Shown here: positions 20,808 through 30,267 of the stretch, one piece after another
Position numbering within the stretch: position 1 is the stretch's first letter
Layout of the letters: every line of letters starts with the position of its first letter
Assembly (NCBI GenBank): GCA_030672385.1
Contig: DAOVGN010000087.1
Span: 1-41,457, forward strand
Reading direction: 5' to 3'
From: Deltaproteobacteria bacterium
GTDB lineage: Bacteria; Desulfobacterota; B13-G15; RBG-16-54-18
DNA length: 41,457 nucleotides
Notes under the pieces: generated by a model
Seen by the model: the letters and a program-made list of their open reading frames with translations, nothing else
Databases searched by the model: none
Told to the model about the DNA's origin: nothing
Translations under genes and position numbers: made by a program

Positions 20808-22064
20808 TTATTTTAAAAGGACGAGGCTCAACCAGGGGAGATAGGTGATGATCGCCAAGGAAAACAGGAGGATGGCAATAAAAGGAAGTGAGGCTAGTAT
20901 GATCCTCAACACTGGTTTTTCAAAACGTATGCTGGAGATGAAAAGGTTAATCCCTAATGGGGGGGTCGATGCGCCGATCTGCAGATTGGTAAGGAAGATG
21001 ATTCCGAGGTGAACGGGGTGGATCTCATAGGCAAGGGCAATCGGAGCGATGAGGGGCACGACAACCGCAAGTGCAGAGAATACATCCATGATACAGCCCA
21101 CAGCCAGGAGAAATAGGTTCAGCACCACCAAGAAAAAGAAGGGGCTGGTAATATGGGCTTTGAAAAAATGCAACATTTTTGTCGGGATTTCCGCATCGAT
21201 TAGATAATTAGTCAGACCGAGGGCAGCACCAAAAATGATCAAGATCGCACCCACCAAAATCATGCTTTTTCGCATTATCTGTGGCAGTTGCCTCAATTGT
21301 ATATCTCGGTAAATCACCACTTCGACCAGGAAGACATAGGCCACCGTGATGGCAGCAGCCTCACTGACAGCAAAGTATCCACTATAGATCCCTCCCAATA
21401 CGACAATGGGGAGGGGGATCTCCCAGATCGATTCCTTCAATGCCTTGAATACCTCCAACACATTAAATCGGGTTCGGGGAACTTTGGCAAAGATGGCTTT
21501 TTGAACGCTGAACCCGGAGAGCACAAGCACCAGAAGGACCCCAGGCAGGATGCCTGCCAGAAAGAGTTGATCAATTCTCACCTTTGCCACAATGGCGTAA
21601 ATGATGAGGGGAAGACTCGGTGGAAAGAGGAGGCCTAATGTCCCTGAAGTGGTCAACAACCCAAGAGAGAACTTTTCTGGATATCTCCCTCGTAACATTG
21701 CAGGGAGGAGTATACCTCCCAAGGCGATGATCGTGAGACCTGTGGCGCCGGTTAGGGCAGTAAAGATGGCACAGGTGACCAGGGCGATGATCGAGAGCCC
21801 GCCCGGCAACCAACCCAGGATCGCATTGGAAAGCCTGATCAACCTTTTGGACGCCCCACTCTCCGAAAGGAGATATCCGGCAAAGGTGAAGAGGGGGATG
21901 GCAACAAGAATGGGAGTAGTGGCCATCCTGTACATCTCGATGATCATGGCTGAGGAGTCGATCTGGCTGGAGAATAATAAAAGGAGGGCTAGAGCAGAGA
22001 TAACGGCGAAGATGGGTGCTCCGAAGAGCAACAAAAGAAAGATGATGATCAAAAGAATGATCAT
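20808..22064 (-). CDS. dctM: TRAP transporter large permease subunit (DctM family)
   Basis: 418-aa polytopic membrane protein. 4-nt ATGA overlap with the upstream small permease gene. Confidence 0.85.
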   Translation of the reverse strand: MIILLIIIFLLLLFGAPIFAVISALALLLLFSSQIDSSAMIIEMYRMATTPILVAIPLFTFAGYLLSESGASKRLIRLSNAILGWLPGGLSIIALVTCAIFTALTGATGLTIIALGGILLPAMLRGRYPEKFSLGLLTTSGTLGLLFPPSLPLIIYAIVAKVRIDQLFLAGILPGVLLVLVLSGFSVQKAIFAKVPRTRFNVLEVFKALKESIWEIPLPIVVLGGIYSGYFAVSEAAAITVAYVFLVEVVIYRDIQLRQLPQIMRKSMILVGAILIIFGAALGLTNYLIDAEIPTKMLHFFKAHITSPFFFLVVLNLFLLAVGCIMDVFSALAVVVPLIAPIALAYEIHPVHLGIIFLTNLQIGASTPPLGINLFISSIRFEKPVLRIILASLPFIAILLFSLAIITYLPWLSLVLLK

Positions 22065-22570
22065 GTATCTCCCTTAAGATTTGTGCCAATCTTTACAATC
22101 ATAGAAAGGTTCTTAAAGGAATGGAGGCCAAAACGGAAGGCCATTACTCCAAAGGTTATGGGAAGGATGATCTGAGGGACCCAGGCGGGAATCCCTAAGA
22201 AGGTGACGCTGCCCATTTGGGCCTCGTTTTTGATGAATTTCAATGCGGCAAAGCTCAACAGCCCACATATAAAAAAGGAAAACAATTGGGTTACAACCTC
22301 AATCAAGCTCTTCCACTGCGATGGCATCCATTGCGAAAGCACATAGATGTTGATGTGCTTCCCCTCTCTGGCGGCAATTGCGGCACCAATAAAACCAACC
22401 CAGAGGACAAGGTTTCTTACCAGCGGGTCTCCCCAGGAGAAACCGATGGCGAAAACATTCCGGAGAACGATCTGCAAAAAGGCGATGAGGATCATGATGC
22501 CTAACAGGATGACGATGAGGATCTGCTCCACCCGGTCGATGATCTCATCCGCTCGCTCCCATCGATCCAT
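22061..22570 (-). CDS. dctQ: TRAP transporter small permease subunit (DctQ family)
   Basis: 169 aa with four predicted TM helices. Start overlaps the SBP stop (TAATG). Confidence 0.8.
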   Translation of the reverse strand: MDRWERADEIIDRVEQILIVILLGIMILIAFLQIVLRNVFAIGFSWGDPLVRNLVLWVGFIGAAIAAREGKHINIYVLSQWMPSQWKSLIEVVTQLFSFFICGLLSFAALKFIKNEAQMGSVTFLGIPAWVPQIILPITFGVMAFRFGLHSFKNLSMIVKIGTNLKGDT

Positions 22571-23592
22571 TATTCCCCTCCCTTTCGATAACTTTCTAGG
22601 TGAGAAGATACATCATCCAATACCTTTTTGGAGAAGGTTCGACTTCCCAGATGGCCCATCGCTTTATCCCACAGCCTCTTGAATTCATCGACCTGGTCCT
22701 TCGATGGTGTAACGATCTTAACCCCATGCTTCGCCATCACCTTGATCGCCTCTCGATTTTCGTCTCTGGTCACAGCCTTCAATTGATCCATACGGTGTTG
22801 GAAGGCCTCGAGGAGGATATTCTGAAAGGGTTGGGGCAACCGTTTGAAAATATCTTTTCTTACAACGATCCCACCCGCCAAATATGCCAGGGGGACATCG
22901 GTTATATATTTTACTTTGGTGAACCACTGTAGGGAGATAGCTAATGTCGGTGGTGTATAGACTACGTCCACCAATCCAGTTTGGAGGCCAACCAGAACAT
23001 CAGGAACAGAGAGTGGTATGGCCGCAACTCCAGCCTCATCAAAGATGGCTTTGGCCATCGGCGATTCCTGCCATATCCAAACCTTCACCTTTTTGAGGTC
23101 ACTTACACTGGAGATAGGGGTGTTGGAGATCAGGTAGATAAACCCTGCTTCTGACCACCCCAAGAGGATATATCCATTGTCCTCAAAGCCCTTCTTAAAG
23201 AAAGAGTCCATTTCTGTCAAAATGCAATCGACCTCTCCATAGTTTTGGAAGAAGAAGGGGATTTGCAATACCTTGATCTCCTTAAATAACACGGAGAGCC
23301 CCCCTGAGCTGAGGGCTGCACCGTGAATTTGGCCAATCTGCATCTTTCGCAACATGTCCTTCTCATCCCCTAAAACACCGCCAGGATAAATTTTAAACTG
23401 GACCTTGTTCTCGGTCTTTTTCATCACCTCGGCATTCAATTCATTGAACGTCTTCATCCAAGAGCTCCCCTCTGGAGCCAAGGTGGCCATTTTTATCACA
23501 TAACTTTTCTCCGCACCGTTGACCGGTTGGATGAAGAAGAGGGGAATCAATAAGCTGAACCCTATAATCTTGAGGGCGTCACGTCTATTCAT
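22570..23592 (-). CDS. dctP: TRAP transporter substrate-binding protein (DctP family)
   Basis: 340 aa with a signal peptide containing an RR motif (MNRRDALKIIGF...VNGA) and a DctP-like body (KMATLAPEGSSW..., GVLGDEKDMLRKMQIGQIHG). Confidence 0.85.
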   Translation of the reverse strand: MNRRDALKIIGFSLLIPLFFIQPVNGAEKSYVIKMATLAPEGSSWMKTFNELNAEVMKKTENKVQFKIYPGGVLGDEKDMLRKMQIGQIHGAALSSGGLSVLFKEIKVLQIPFFFQNYGEVDCILTEMDSFFKKGFEDNGYILLGWSEAGFIYLISNTPISSVSDLKKVKVWIWQESPMAKAIFDEAGVAAIPLSVPDVLVGLQTGLVDVVYTPPTLAISLQWFTKVKYITDVPLAYLAGGIVVRKDIFKRLPQPFQNILLEAFQHRMDQLKAVTRDENREAIKVMAKHGVKIVTPSKDQVDEFKRLWDKAMGHLGSRTFSKKVLDDVSSHLESYRKGGE

Positions 23593-23601
23593 CCTTTTCT
23601 C

Positions 23602-24483
23602 CTATTCAAAATATTCATCCACACGGTTTAACAAATCCTTTGCCTTCTGCTTGGCCACGGTATTGAGCAGGGTCAATTCAGGTGAAATATCGGCAGGGGC
23701 CTCCAAGACTGTTTGAAGGGTGGATGTGAAGAGATCCTTGTCAAAAACCCGCCGGGCGTAATGGTTTGCATAATAAATGTAGGCCATCAAAAACTTTCCC
23801 TCACCCAGATCCAGGGCCTTCAGAAAATGGTGTTGGGCCTTTTGTAGATCTCCGCCGGCCATTTTGGGCCTGGAGGCGAACCATATCCCCATGAAGATGT
23901 GGGCACCACCGTAGTAGTATCCTTCGTCGAGTTCCAACACCCTCCGCATCATCAGTTCCACCCTGGGGAGTTCAGCTAAGGCCTCCATTGAATCCAAATT
24001 TAGGCTGATCCAGTTCCCCCAGCAGGCAGCAGTCCAGAAGATATAGGGGACATCTCCTTTCTCAAGATCTTTCAGGCCCGCCTCAAAACTCTCAAGTGAT
24101 CTCTGTATAGGTTTCTTGAACCCTCTCTTCTCCAAGGATCTTAAGGCATACTCCTTTGCCCTTCCATGAAGCAGCTTTGCATACTCCTTATCCTGATCCT
24201 CCACAAAGGCCGAGGCAAAGGATGAATAGCTTTGGGCAGCGCCGATTAGCAACTGCTCATTATTTGGCCATGCCTCAATCATGCCATCTATCAACATCAG
24301 ATAGGCAGGCATTCCTTCCCGTATAATTCTCAGGTCAGATTGTTTATAGGAAGATCGTGCTACCTCTTCTAACAACAAGCCCACAGAGCCGACCGTCATC
24401 TTTTTGCTCGGAAGGCAAGCAGATTGAAGGGGAATGAGAAATGAAAAAAGGAAGATCCAAATCCAATGCCAAGAAGACCTCAT
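23602..24483 (-). CDS. tatT: TatT-family TPR-like lipoprotein associated with TRAP transporters
   Basis: Start moved to MRSSWHW... (lipobox LQSAC). Body matches my recollection of the TRAP-transporter TatT component family (DVPYIFWTAACWGNWISL..., LELDEGYYYGGAHIFMGIWFASRP...GGDLQKAQHHF). First gene of the TRAP operon, 9 nt from dctP. Confidence 0.7.
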   Translation of the reverse strand: MRSSWHWIWIFLFSFLIPLQSACLPSKKMTVGSVGLLLEEVARSSYKQSDLRIIREGMPAYLMLIDGMIEAWPNNEQLLIGAAQSYSSFASAFVEDQDKEYAKLLHGRAKEYALRSLEKRGFKKPIQRSLESFEAGLKDLEKGDVPYIFWTAACWGNWISLNLDSMEALAELPRVELMMRRVLELDEGYYYGGAHIFMGIWFASRPKMAGGDLQKAQHHFLKALDLGEGKFLMAYIYYANHYARRVFDKDLFTSTLQTVLEAPADISPELTLLNTVAKQKAKDLLNRVDEYFE

Positions 24484-24885
24484 TTTCCCCCCATTACAGA
24501 TTGTAGGAACTTGTAGCTCTTTAACGCACATTTATTTTCCTACTATAAAGAGGAGTATGTCAACCCTAATTCCATATGCATTATTTAAAATAACGCTGCA
24601 GATCTTCGCCCAATTCATGGAAGCGCTGTCATCTCATCCATGCTCCGTGTAAGTTCACTCCGTGGTTTTCTTATTCTCTTTATGATTCACTTTATTATAC
24701 AATCGAATTTCACTTCACCCGTGCTGAAACTGTGCTATTATAGATTAAACCCTTACGTTGAGGAACAGCTGGTTAGGATATCTAGGTTAGTTGAAGTCTG
24801 AGGACTAACTTTACATTACTTGCTTCCATACACTGTTGAAAATTGGCACTCACTGGATGAAAGAGAATAAGGAGGTAATTTAAGT

Positions 24886-26094
24886 ATGGTGGATAAAATT
24901 ACTTATTCCCCTGATGGCCATCTTCAGGTTCCCGATGAAGTTGCAATCCCTTTTGTCGAAGGAGATGGAACAGGGCCTGAGATCTGGAGTGCAGCGGTTA
25001 CAGTCTTCGATGCTGCGATATCCAAGGTTTATGGTGGCACAAGGAAGGTCAAATGGAAGGAAGTATTGGCTGGTGAAAAGGCTTTTCGTAAAACAGGAGA
25101 GTGGCTTCCGCAGGAAACGCTTGATTGTTTTCGCGATTGTAAAGTCGGTATCAAGGGTCCCTTGACGACCCCTGTAGGAGGAGGATTCAGAAGTTTAAAT
25201 GTTACGATACGACAAGAACTCGACTTATATGCGTGTATCCGTCCAGTGAAATATATCCCCGGTGTTCCAAGCCCTATGAAACAACCTGAGAAAGTGGATA
25301 TGATAGTCTTTCGTGAGAATACCGAGGATGTTTATGCCGGTATCGAGTGGAGGGCAGGAAGTAACGAGGCCAGGAAGGTCATAGACTTTTTAAATTCCCA
25401 GATGGGCCAAGATATCCGTCATGATGCTGGGATAGGGATAAAACCGATGAGTGCTTTTGGGAGCAAGCGGTTGGTGAGGCGAGCCATCAGGTGGGCAATT
25501 GATAATGGACGAAAAAGTGTAACCTTGGTGCATAAGGGCAACATTATGAAATTCACCGAAGGTGCCTTTAAGGAGTGGGGTTATGAAATTGCGAAGGATG
25601 AATTTGATAACAGGATTGTGTTGGAAGAAGAGCTGATGGCAGACCCGAGAGATGTGCCCGATAGAATCGTGATCAAAGACCGTATCGCCGATGCCATGTT
25701 CCAGCAAATACTCCTGCGGCCCGAGGAGTATGATGTGTTGGCCATGCCTAATTTAAACGGAGATTATATGTCGGATGCGTTGGCAGCCCAAGTGGGAGGC
25801 CTGGGTATGGCTCCGGGGGGTAATATAGGCGAAGAAGTCGCCGTTTTTGAGGCTACCCATGGCACTGCTCCCAAATATGCAGGCAAGGATATGGCAAACC
25901 CAAGTTCGGTGATCCTGTCCGGAGCCTTTATGTTCGAGTATATCGGATGGAGTGAAGTTGCCGGCCGGATTAGGGCTTCGCTCGAACAGACGATAAAGGA
26001 TAAAATCGTAACCTATGATTTAGCGAGGCAAATGCGAGGAGCCAAAAAGGTCAAATGCTCCGAATTTGGCAGGGCTATAGTTGATCACCTGTAG
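24886..26094 (+). CDS. icd: NADP-dependent isocitrate dehydrogenase (homodimeric prokaryotic type)
   Basis: 402 aa. [70 protein letters not shown]. Confidence 0.92.
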   Translation: MVDKITYSPDGHLQVPDEVAIPFVEGDGTGPEIWSAAVTVFDAAISKVYGGTRKVKWKEVLAGEKAFRKTGEWLPQETLDCFRDCKVGIKGPLTTPVGGGFRSLNVTIRQELDLYACIRPVKYIPGVPSPMKQPEKVDMIVFRENTEDVYAGIEWRAGSNEARKVIDFLNSQMGQDIRHDAGIGIKPMSAFGSKRLVRRAIRWAIDNGRKSVTLVHKGNIMKFTEGAFKEWGYEIAKDEFDNRIVLEEELMADPRDVPDRIVIKDRIADAMFQQILLRPEEYDVLAMPNLNGDYMSDALAAQVGGLGMAPGGNIGEEVAVFEATHGTAPKYAGKDMANPSSVILSGAFMFEYIGWSEVAGRIRASLEQTIKDKIVTYDLARQMRGAKKVKCSEFGRAIVDHL

Positions 26095-26266
26095 CAGTTT
26101 ATCGCATTGATAGTATTTCATTTAAGGATATAATCTTAATCCTAAGGAATGAAATCCTCATCCTAGAAATGGCAATCCATCCAGTCTCATGTAGGATGAA
26201 TACCGCCTTGAGGATACACTCCGAGGGGCATCAAAACTAACCTCTTAGTCGTAACAACGATAGGAA

Positions 26267-27607
26267 ATGACCCGCATTGATTTAGCACATATTGAACCAT
26301 TCGAAATCTGTTCTATTAGGCCACCTACAGAAAACTACAGTCTTACGTTCAGATTGACCCGCAACTGTGGCTGGAATCGATGCCTCTTTTGTCCGGTCTA
26401 CAAATACGGAGCACGATTCAGCAGAAGAGGTATGGACGAAATAAAGAAGGATATAGAGAGGGCAAAGATCCTAAACGATTTGCTGATCGAACACGGAATT
26501 GAGACCGGATGTTCAACGCACACCAGCTACCAGCAAGCCGCCACATTAATTGAAGAAATCAAGGCTGCATACATGAAAGAAAGAGAGGCCGATTCTGCCG
26601 CCGCGGTTGCTGACCGCAGAGGATCGACGCAGTCGGGCTCCTCATCACCGTCAACGGTTGATTTGGAGGACGAAGAAGACGAGCGGCTCGCATGGTTTGC
26701 CTCCTGGTTTAAGGACAAACCGACCATAGAAGACAGCATCAATCACGTACTCACCTGGCGATTGTCTGGCGGAGAGACGTGTTTCATCGGCGATTCCAAT
26801 TCGCTCGTATTATCGCCCGATTTCTTCGCAGAAACCCTGAAGTATATCAAGGACTCCTTTCCGACCCTGAAGCGGTTTACCATCTACGGTAGGACGAAAA
26901 CGGCAGCCAAGAAGGATATAAAAGCTCTGATAGCGTTTAAGGAAGCCGGCCTAGACCGCATCCACTTCGGATTGGAGAGCGGGAATGATAAGGTCCTTCA
27001 CTTTATGAAAAAGGGCGTCACGGCCGCTGAACATACAGAAGGTGGCCTGAAGGCCAGGGAGGCTGGCCTTTCCTGTTGTATCTATGTCATGCTGGGATTG
27101 GGCGGAGCACAGTGGTCTGAGGAACATGCGGTCGATACCGCCAAGGTTCTCAATAAGATCGCTCCTGACTACGTTAGGCTCAGGTCCCTCGAAATTTTCC
27201 CCAAGACAGGTCTTTCGACAGCGGTGCAAGGAGGTGGCTTCGCTGAAGCATCTGAAGAACAGGTCGTCAAAGAGATAAGGATTATGGTGAAAAATATCGA
27301 AGCTGAGTGTGAGATCGTCAGCGACAGCGCCTCCAACCTATTAGAGGTAAACGGAAAGTTACCCTATGATCGTGGGAAAATGCTTGACGTGATAGACAGC
27401 TATCTGTCGCTTTCGCCTAGAGAAAAACTGGCCTTCAGTTTGGAGTCGAGACTACGGTCATTCTACGGACAATATGGTGGACTTACGCAAGATATCCTTC
27501 AAGCAGTTGCCCCATATTTTAGGGGCCACGGGGTCGATATCTCTCATGCGCAAGATCATGAGGTAATGAATATAATAAAACTCATACGTTCAAAATTGAT
27601 GCCCTAG
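26267..27607 (+). CDS. Radical SAM superfamily enzyme, subfamily unknown
   Basis: Cys triad NCGWNRCLFC (aa 34-42, nt 26366-26392) with CX4CX2C spacing. GGE-type motif LSGGETCF. TIM-barrel-like body (IHFGLESGNDKVL...). Low-complexity Ser/acidic insert at about aa 105-140. Confidence 0.8.
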   Translation: MTRIDLAHIEPFEICSIRPPTENYSLTFRLTRNCGWNRCLFCPVYKYGARFSRRGMDEIKKDIERAKILNDLLIEHGIETGCSTHTSYQQAATLIEEIKAAYMKEREADSAAAVADRRGSTQSGSSSPSTVDLEDEEDERLAWFASWFKDKPTIEDSINHVLTWRLSGGETCFIGDSNSLVLSPDFFAETLKYIKDSFPTLKRFTIYGRTKTAAKKDIKALIAFKEAGLDRIHFGLESGNDKVLHFMKKGVTAAEHTEGGLKAREAGLSCCIYVMLGLGGAQWSEEHAVDTAKVLNKIAPDYVRLRSLEIFPKTGLSTAVQGGGFAEASEEQVVKEIRIMVKNIEAECEIVSDSASNLLEVNGKLPYDRGKMLDVIDSYLSLSPREKLAFSLESRLRSFYGQYGGLTQDILQAVAPYFRGHGVDISHAQDHEVMNIIKLIRSKLMP

Positions 27608-27800
27608 TGTCACATTGTACCTTTTCCTGGTTCCCTCCCAACAATTTAAGAGGTAAGATTAAACCCTGAATGACTCCATTTGCCATAGGCCAAAACCCGG
27701 CATCCTGGGTACCTGGAACGCCTATGCCAGTCGATTGCTTGTCCTCAAAGGTCTTCTCGCATAGAGCACAGGTAAATTCTGCGTCAAAAAGTCCTTCCAT
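27582..27800 (-). CDS. Hypothetical 72-aa protein with a single N-terminal CxxC
   Basis: GGAGG (complement of 27808-27812) lies 7 nt upstream of the ATG. N-terminus FTCALCEKTFEDK resembles half a zinc ribbon. The 3' end overlaps the convergent radical SAM gene by 26 nt. No family recognised. Confidence 0.3.
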   Translation of the reverse strand: MEGLFDAEFTCALCEKTFEDKQSTGIGVPGTQDAGFWPMANGVIQGLILPLKLLGGNQEKVQCDTRASILNV

Positions 27801-28001
27801 TTTTGAACCTCCATGAAGAGATAGAGATTATGAAAATGGCAGTTATTCCTCCCCATTGTATTTATGGTAAAAGGCCACAATATCCTGGCTTGTAGCTTAA
27901 CGATATCTAATGATACCATAATGGCAGTCTGAGATGAAGGAACATAAAACTTCAGAACTGATACCTAAATTTCGGTCAAGAAAGGGGGACAAGAGCCTAC
28001 C

Positions 28002-29054
28002 ATGATTACCTTTAAAAAGACTGAATGGCAGTCATACCTCATGCAAAGAGATGCCAGCCATACCCGACCGTCTGCGCCGGGAGATTTGATATGCGCTCTG
28101 GGTGAAATCCGCTGGGATCCCTTGCTTGGGTATACGGTACGCATCACCGTCAAACGAAGAGGACAGTGGGATGAAGATACCGAGTTGCCAGATATATCAA
28201 GACAGGTCTCTAATAGGGCAACCTGCCCGTTTTGTGAGCCCCTCTTTTCTTCAGTCGTACCAGGGTTTTTTCCTACCTTCTCCCCCACCGTTCATATTCA
28301 GATTGGAGAGGCGATCTGCTTTCCCAACCGCTATCCCTATGGTACGTACAGCGCCGTGGTAATCTTCTCCAAGGACAAGCACTTCATCTCCATCGGTGAT
28401 TTTACGCCTCAGGACTACCGTCCTGCTTTTGACGCATCGCTCACCTATCTTTCAAAGGTACTCGATGAAGATAATCAGGCTCACTATCAGGCGATAACGC
28501 AAAACCATCTCCCGTCCTCAGGAGGATCGCTCATTCACCCACACCTCCAGGTAAACGCAGATAGTGTTCCGACTAACTTCCATACTATTATGGAAAGGGC
28601 ACTGAAGGCATATGCTGCGGAAAGTAGTTCACACTACTTCCACGACTTAATCAATGAGGAACGAAACGGAGATCGCCAGATCGCAGATCGTGAGCATACG
28701 TTTTGGCTGGTTCCCTTTGCACCGGCAGGTCAGCGAGAGGTACTGGGCATAATCAAAAACGTCTCTTCGCTGTTTGACCTCTCGGAATCCGCATGGGAAG
28801 AAATCATGGCAGGGATTATCGCCGTACAGAAATTCTACCGTTCTCTGGGGGTGAACAGCTTCAATTGTGCCCTGTATAACTTTCCCGATCCAGAGGGCTA
28901 CTACAATGTGATTGTACGCATGATGACCCGCAGCAACTACCAGCCTTATCCACGTAACGACATGACCTATCGTGAAACAATGCTTTGGGAACCAAGCATA
29001 GAATATTATCCTGAAGATATGGCACAGGCGCTCAAACCGTATTTTGTGGACTGA
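28002..29054 (+). CDS. GalT-like HIT-superfamily nucleotidyltransferase/phosphorylase (galactose-1-phosphate uridylyltransferase fold)
   Basis: Zn-site CPFC (ATCPFCEP), FPNRYPY, and the active-site HxHxQ motif (SLIHPHLQV). Confidence 0.65.
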   Translation: MITFKKTEWQSYLMQRDASHTRPSAPGDLICALGEIRWDPLLGYTVRITVKRRGQWDEDTELPDISRQVSNRATCPFCEPLFSSVVPGFFPTFSPTVHIQIGEAICFPNRYPYGTYSAVVIFSKDKHFISIGDFTPQDYRPAFDASLTYLSKVLDEDNQAHYQAITQNHLPSSGGSLIHPHLQVNADSVPTNFHTIMERALKAYAAESSSHYFHDLINEERNGDRQIADREHTFWLVPFAPAGQREVLGIIKNVSSLFDLSESAWEEIMAGIIAVQKFYRSLGVNSFNCALYNFPDPEGYYNVIVRMMTRSNYQPYPRNDMTYRETMLWEPSIEYYPEDMAQALKPYFVD

Positions 29055-29166
29055 AAGGCACCATGAAAAAGACCAGGCTTAACCACCCTCAAGATAGATC
29101 CGCCTCTAGTTCCTCCTCTGTAGGGGACACCGTTGAAACGAGATTATAGGAGGGGTACCCCGTGGG

Positions 29167-30072
29167 CTACCATCTTTTAACCTGCTTCGGTATTTTCCAA
29201 AGCCTCTTCCATATACGATTCAGGCCGGGAGACGCCAGGGCAAAAACCAGACCTATAATTGCTCCATAGATAACATCAACTCCGTAATGGTATCCATTGT
29301 AAACGGTGGAGATGGCGAGACCAGTGACGACCACGCTAAAAACGTAAATAGCTCTTTTATGCTTAACGGCCAAAACGAGGATCGCTACAGCTACAGCTAC
29401 ATGAGAACTCGGAAAGGCCGCACCCTGGATGGAACCTTTAAAGAAGATCCATTGCTCGAACATGGTAAAGGGACCGGCAGAGAGGGAAACGAGATCAAAG
29501 GGAAGACGCTCGGGTATAAAGATAGGACCTGCCACAGGCATAAAGATGTAATGTAAGTAGCAGAAAAAAAACGTAACACTGGTAGTGAGGATAAGGTCAT
29601 TCAGCTCATCCCACTTGCGTGCAAAGTACAGGGGCAGGCCGAGACCCGGTATGAGAAAATAGTAGGACATGTAAAAAAGAGACATGATCTCAGTCAGCCA
29701 CGGGGTGGCCAGATACTGAAACCATACGGTGGGATAATCACCAAACGCCCTGGCTTCGAGGTCAAGCACCCATGGATCACAAAAGTTCGGCTGGATCATG
29801 TGGATTATCTGACCGACCTCTTCAAAGACAAAGAAATATAAAAAGGGGATGTACCAAATCCTGCAGAACAATAGAAGACGACTTGACCGGCGGTCATTCA
29901 AAACGAGAATCAGCACCGCGGTGGCGAAAAAACCAGCATGTATGATAAGATGCTGCGTAGCGTTTGGGATATTTTCACCAAAAATGAGCAGGAGGATAGA
30001 CATTGCCGTAAGGTATGCGAAAAAGGCTAGATCTAAGGGTTCCACGAAAAAAAAGGTTTTTGGCGTTTTCAT
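29167..30072 (-). CDS. PAP2-superfamily integral membrane protein (PAP2_3 / inositol-phosphorylceramide-synthase-like)
   Basis: Start moved to MKTPKTF (GAGGG 4 nt upstream). Multi-TM protein. PAP2 C2/C3 motifs FPSSHVAVA and YNGYHYGVDVIYG. Confidence 0.7.
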   Translation of the reverse strand: MKTPKTFFFVEPLDLAFFAYLTAMSILLLIFGENIPNATQHLIIHAGFFATAVLILVLNDRRSSRLLLFCRIWYIPFLYFFVFEEVGQIIHMIQPNFCDPWVLDLEARAFGDYPTVWFQYLATPWLTEIMSLFYMSYYFLIPGLGLPLYFARKWDELNDLILTTSVTFFFCYLHYIFMPVAGPIFIPERLPFDLVSLSAGPFTMFEQWIFFKGSIQGAAFPSSHVAVAVAILVLAVKHKRAIYVFSVVVTGLAISTVYNGYHYGVDVIYGAIIGLVFALASPGLNRIWKRLWKIPKQVKRW

Positions 30073-30209
30073 ACAACCCTCAACAAGGAAGCAAGGCAAA
30101 TCGTTCAGGATGTCTTGCTGTGGACAATGGCACAATACTGCCCCCTGAGCACATAGCAGAAAAATCTATTCTTTGTCAATCTCCTTCCTATCTTCATTGT
30201 GGCGAGGAA

Positions 30210-30249
30210 GATAAACGGATAGCAATGGATAGAAGGGATAAAGTAGATA
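30210..30249. repeat. Five phased GATA(A/G) motifs
   Basis: GATAAA 30210, GGATAG 30218, GGATAG 30228, GGATAA 30237, AGATAA 30246. Spacing is 8-10 nt. They lie just upstream of the putative -35 at 30268. Confidence 0.4.
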
Positions 30250-30267
30250 AGCTCACCCATTATGAAA

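Noticed and set aside
24843-24858. A TGGCAC hexamer upstream of icd, as a possible sigma-54 -24 element.
   Set aside because: The -12 position reads GGATG instead of TTGC(A/T). No enhancer-binding-protein gene is nearby.
27934-28005. A 23-codon upstream ORF whose TGA overlaps the GalT-like ATG (ATGA). Other short ORFs lie at 18995-19087 (30 codons) and 29063-29149 (28 codons).
   Set aside because: None has a convincing SD sequence or a recognisable peptide features, and such ORFs are expected by chance in AT-richer spacers. Without comparative data they are not supportable as genes.
29152-29161. The GGGGTACCCC palindrome between the convergent GalT-like and PAP2 genes, as a possible bidirectional terminator.
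   Set aside because: It is a loopless 10-nt palindrome with no U-tracts, so it cannot form a stable terminator hairpin.
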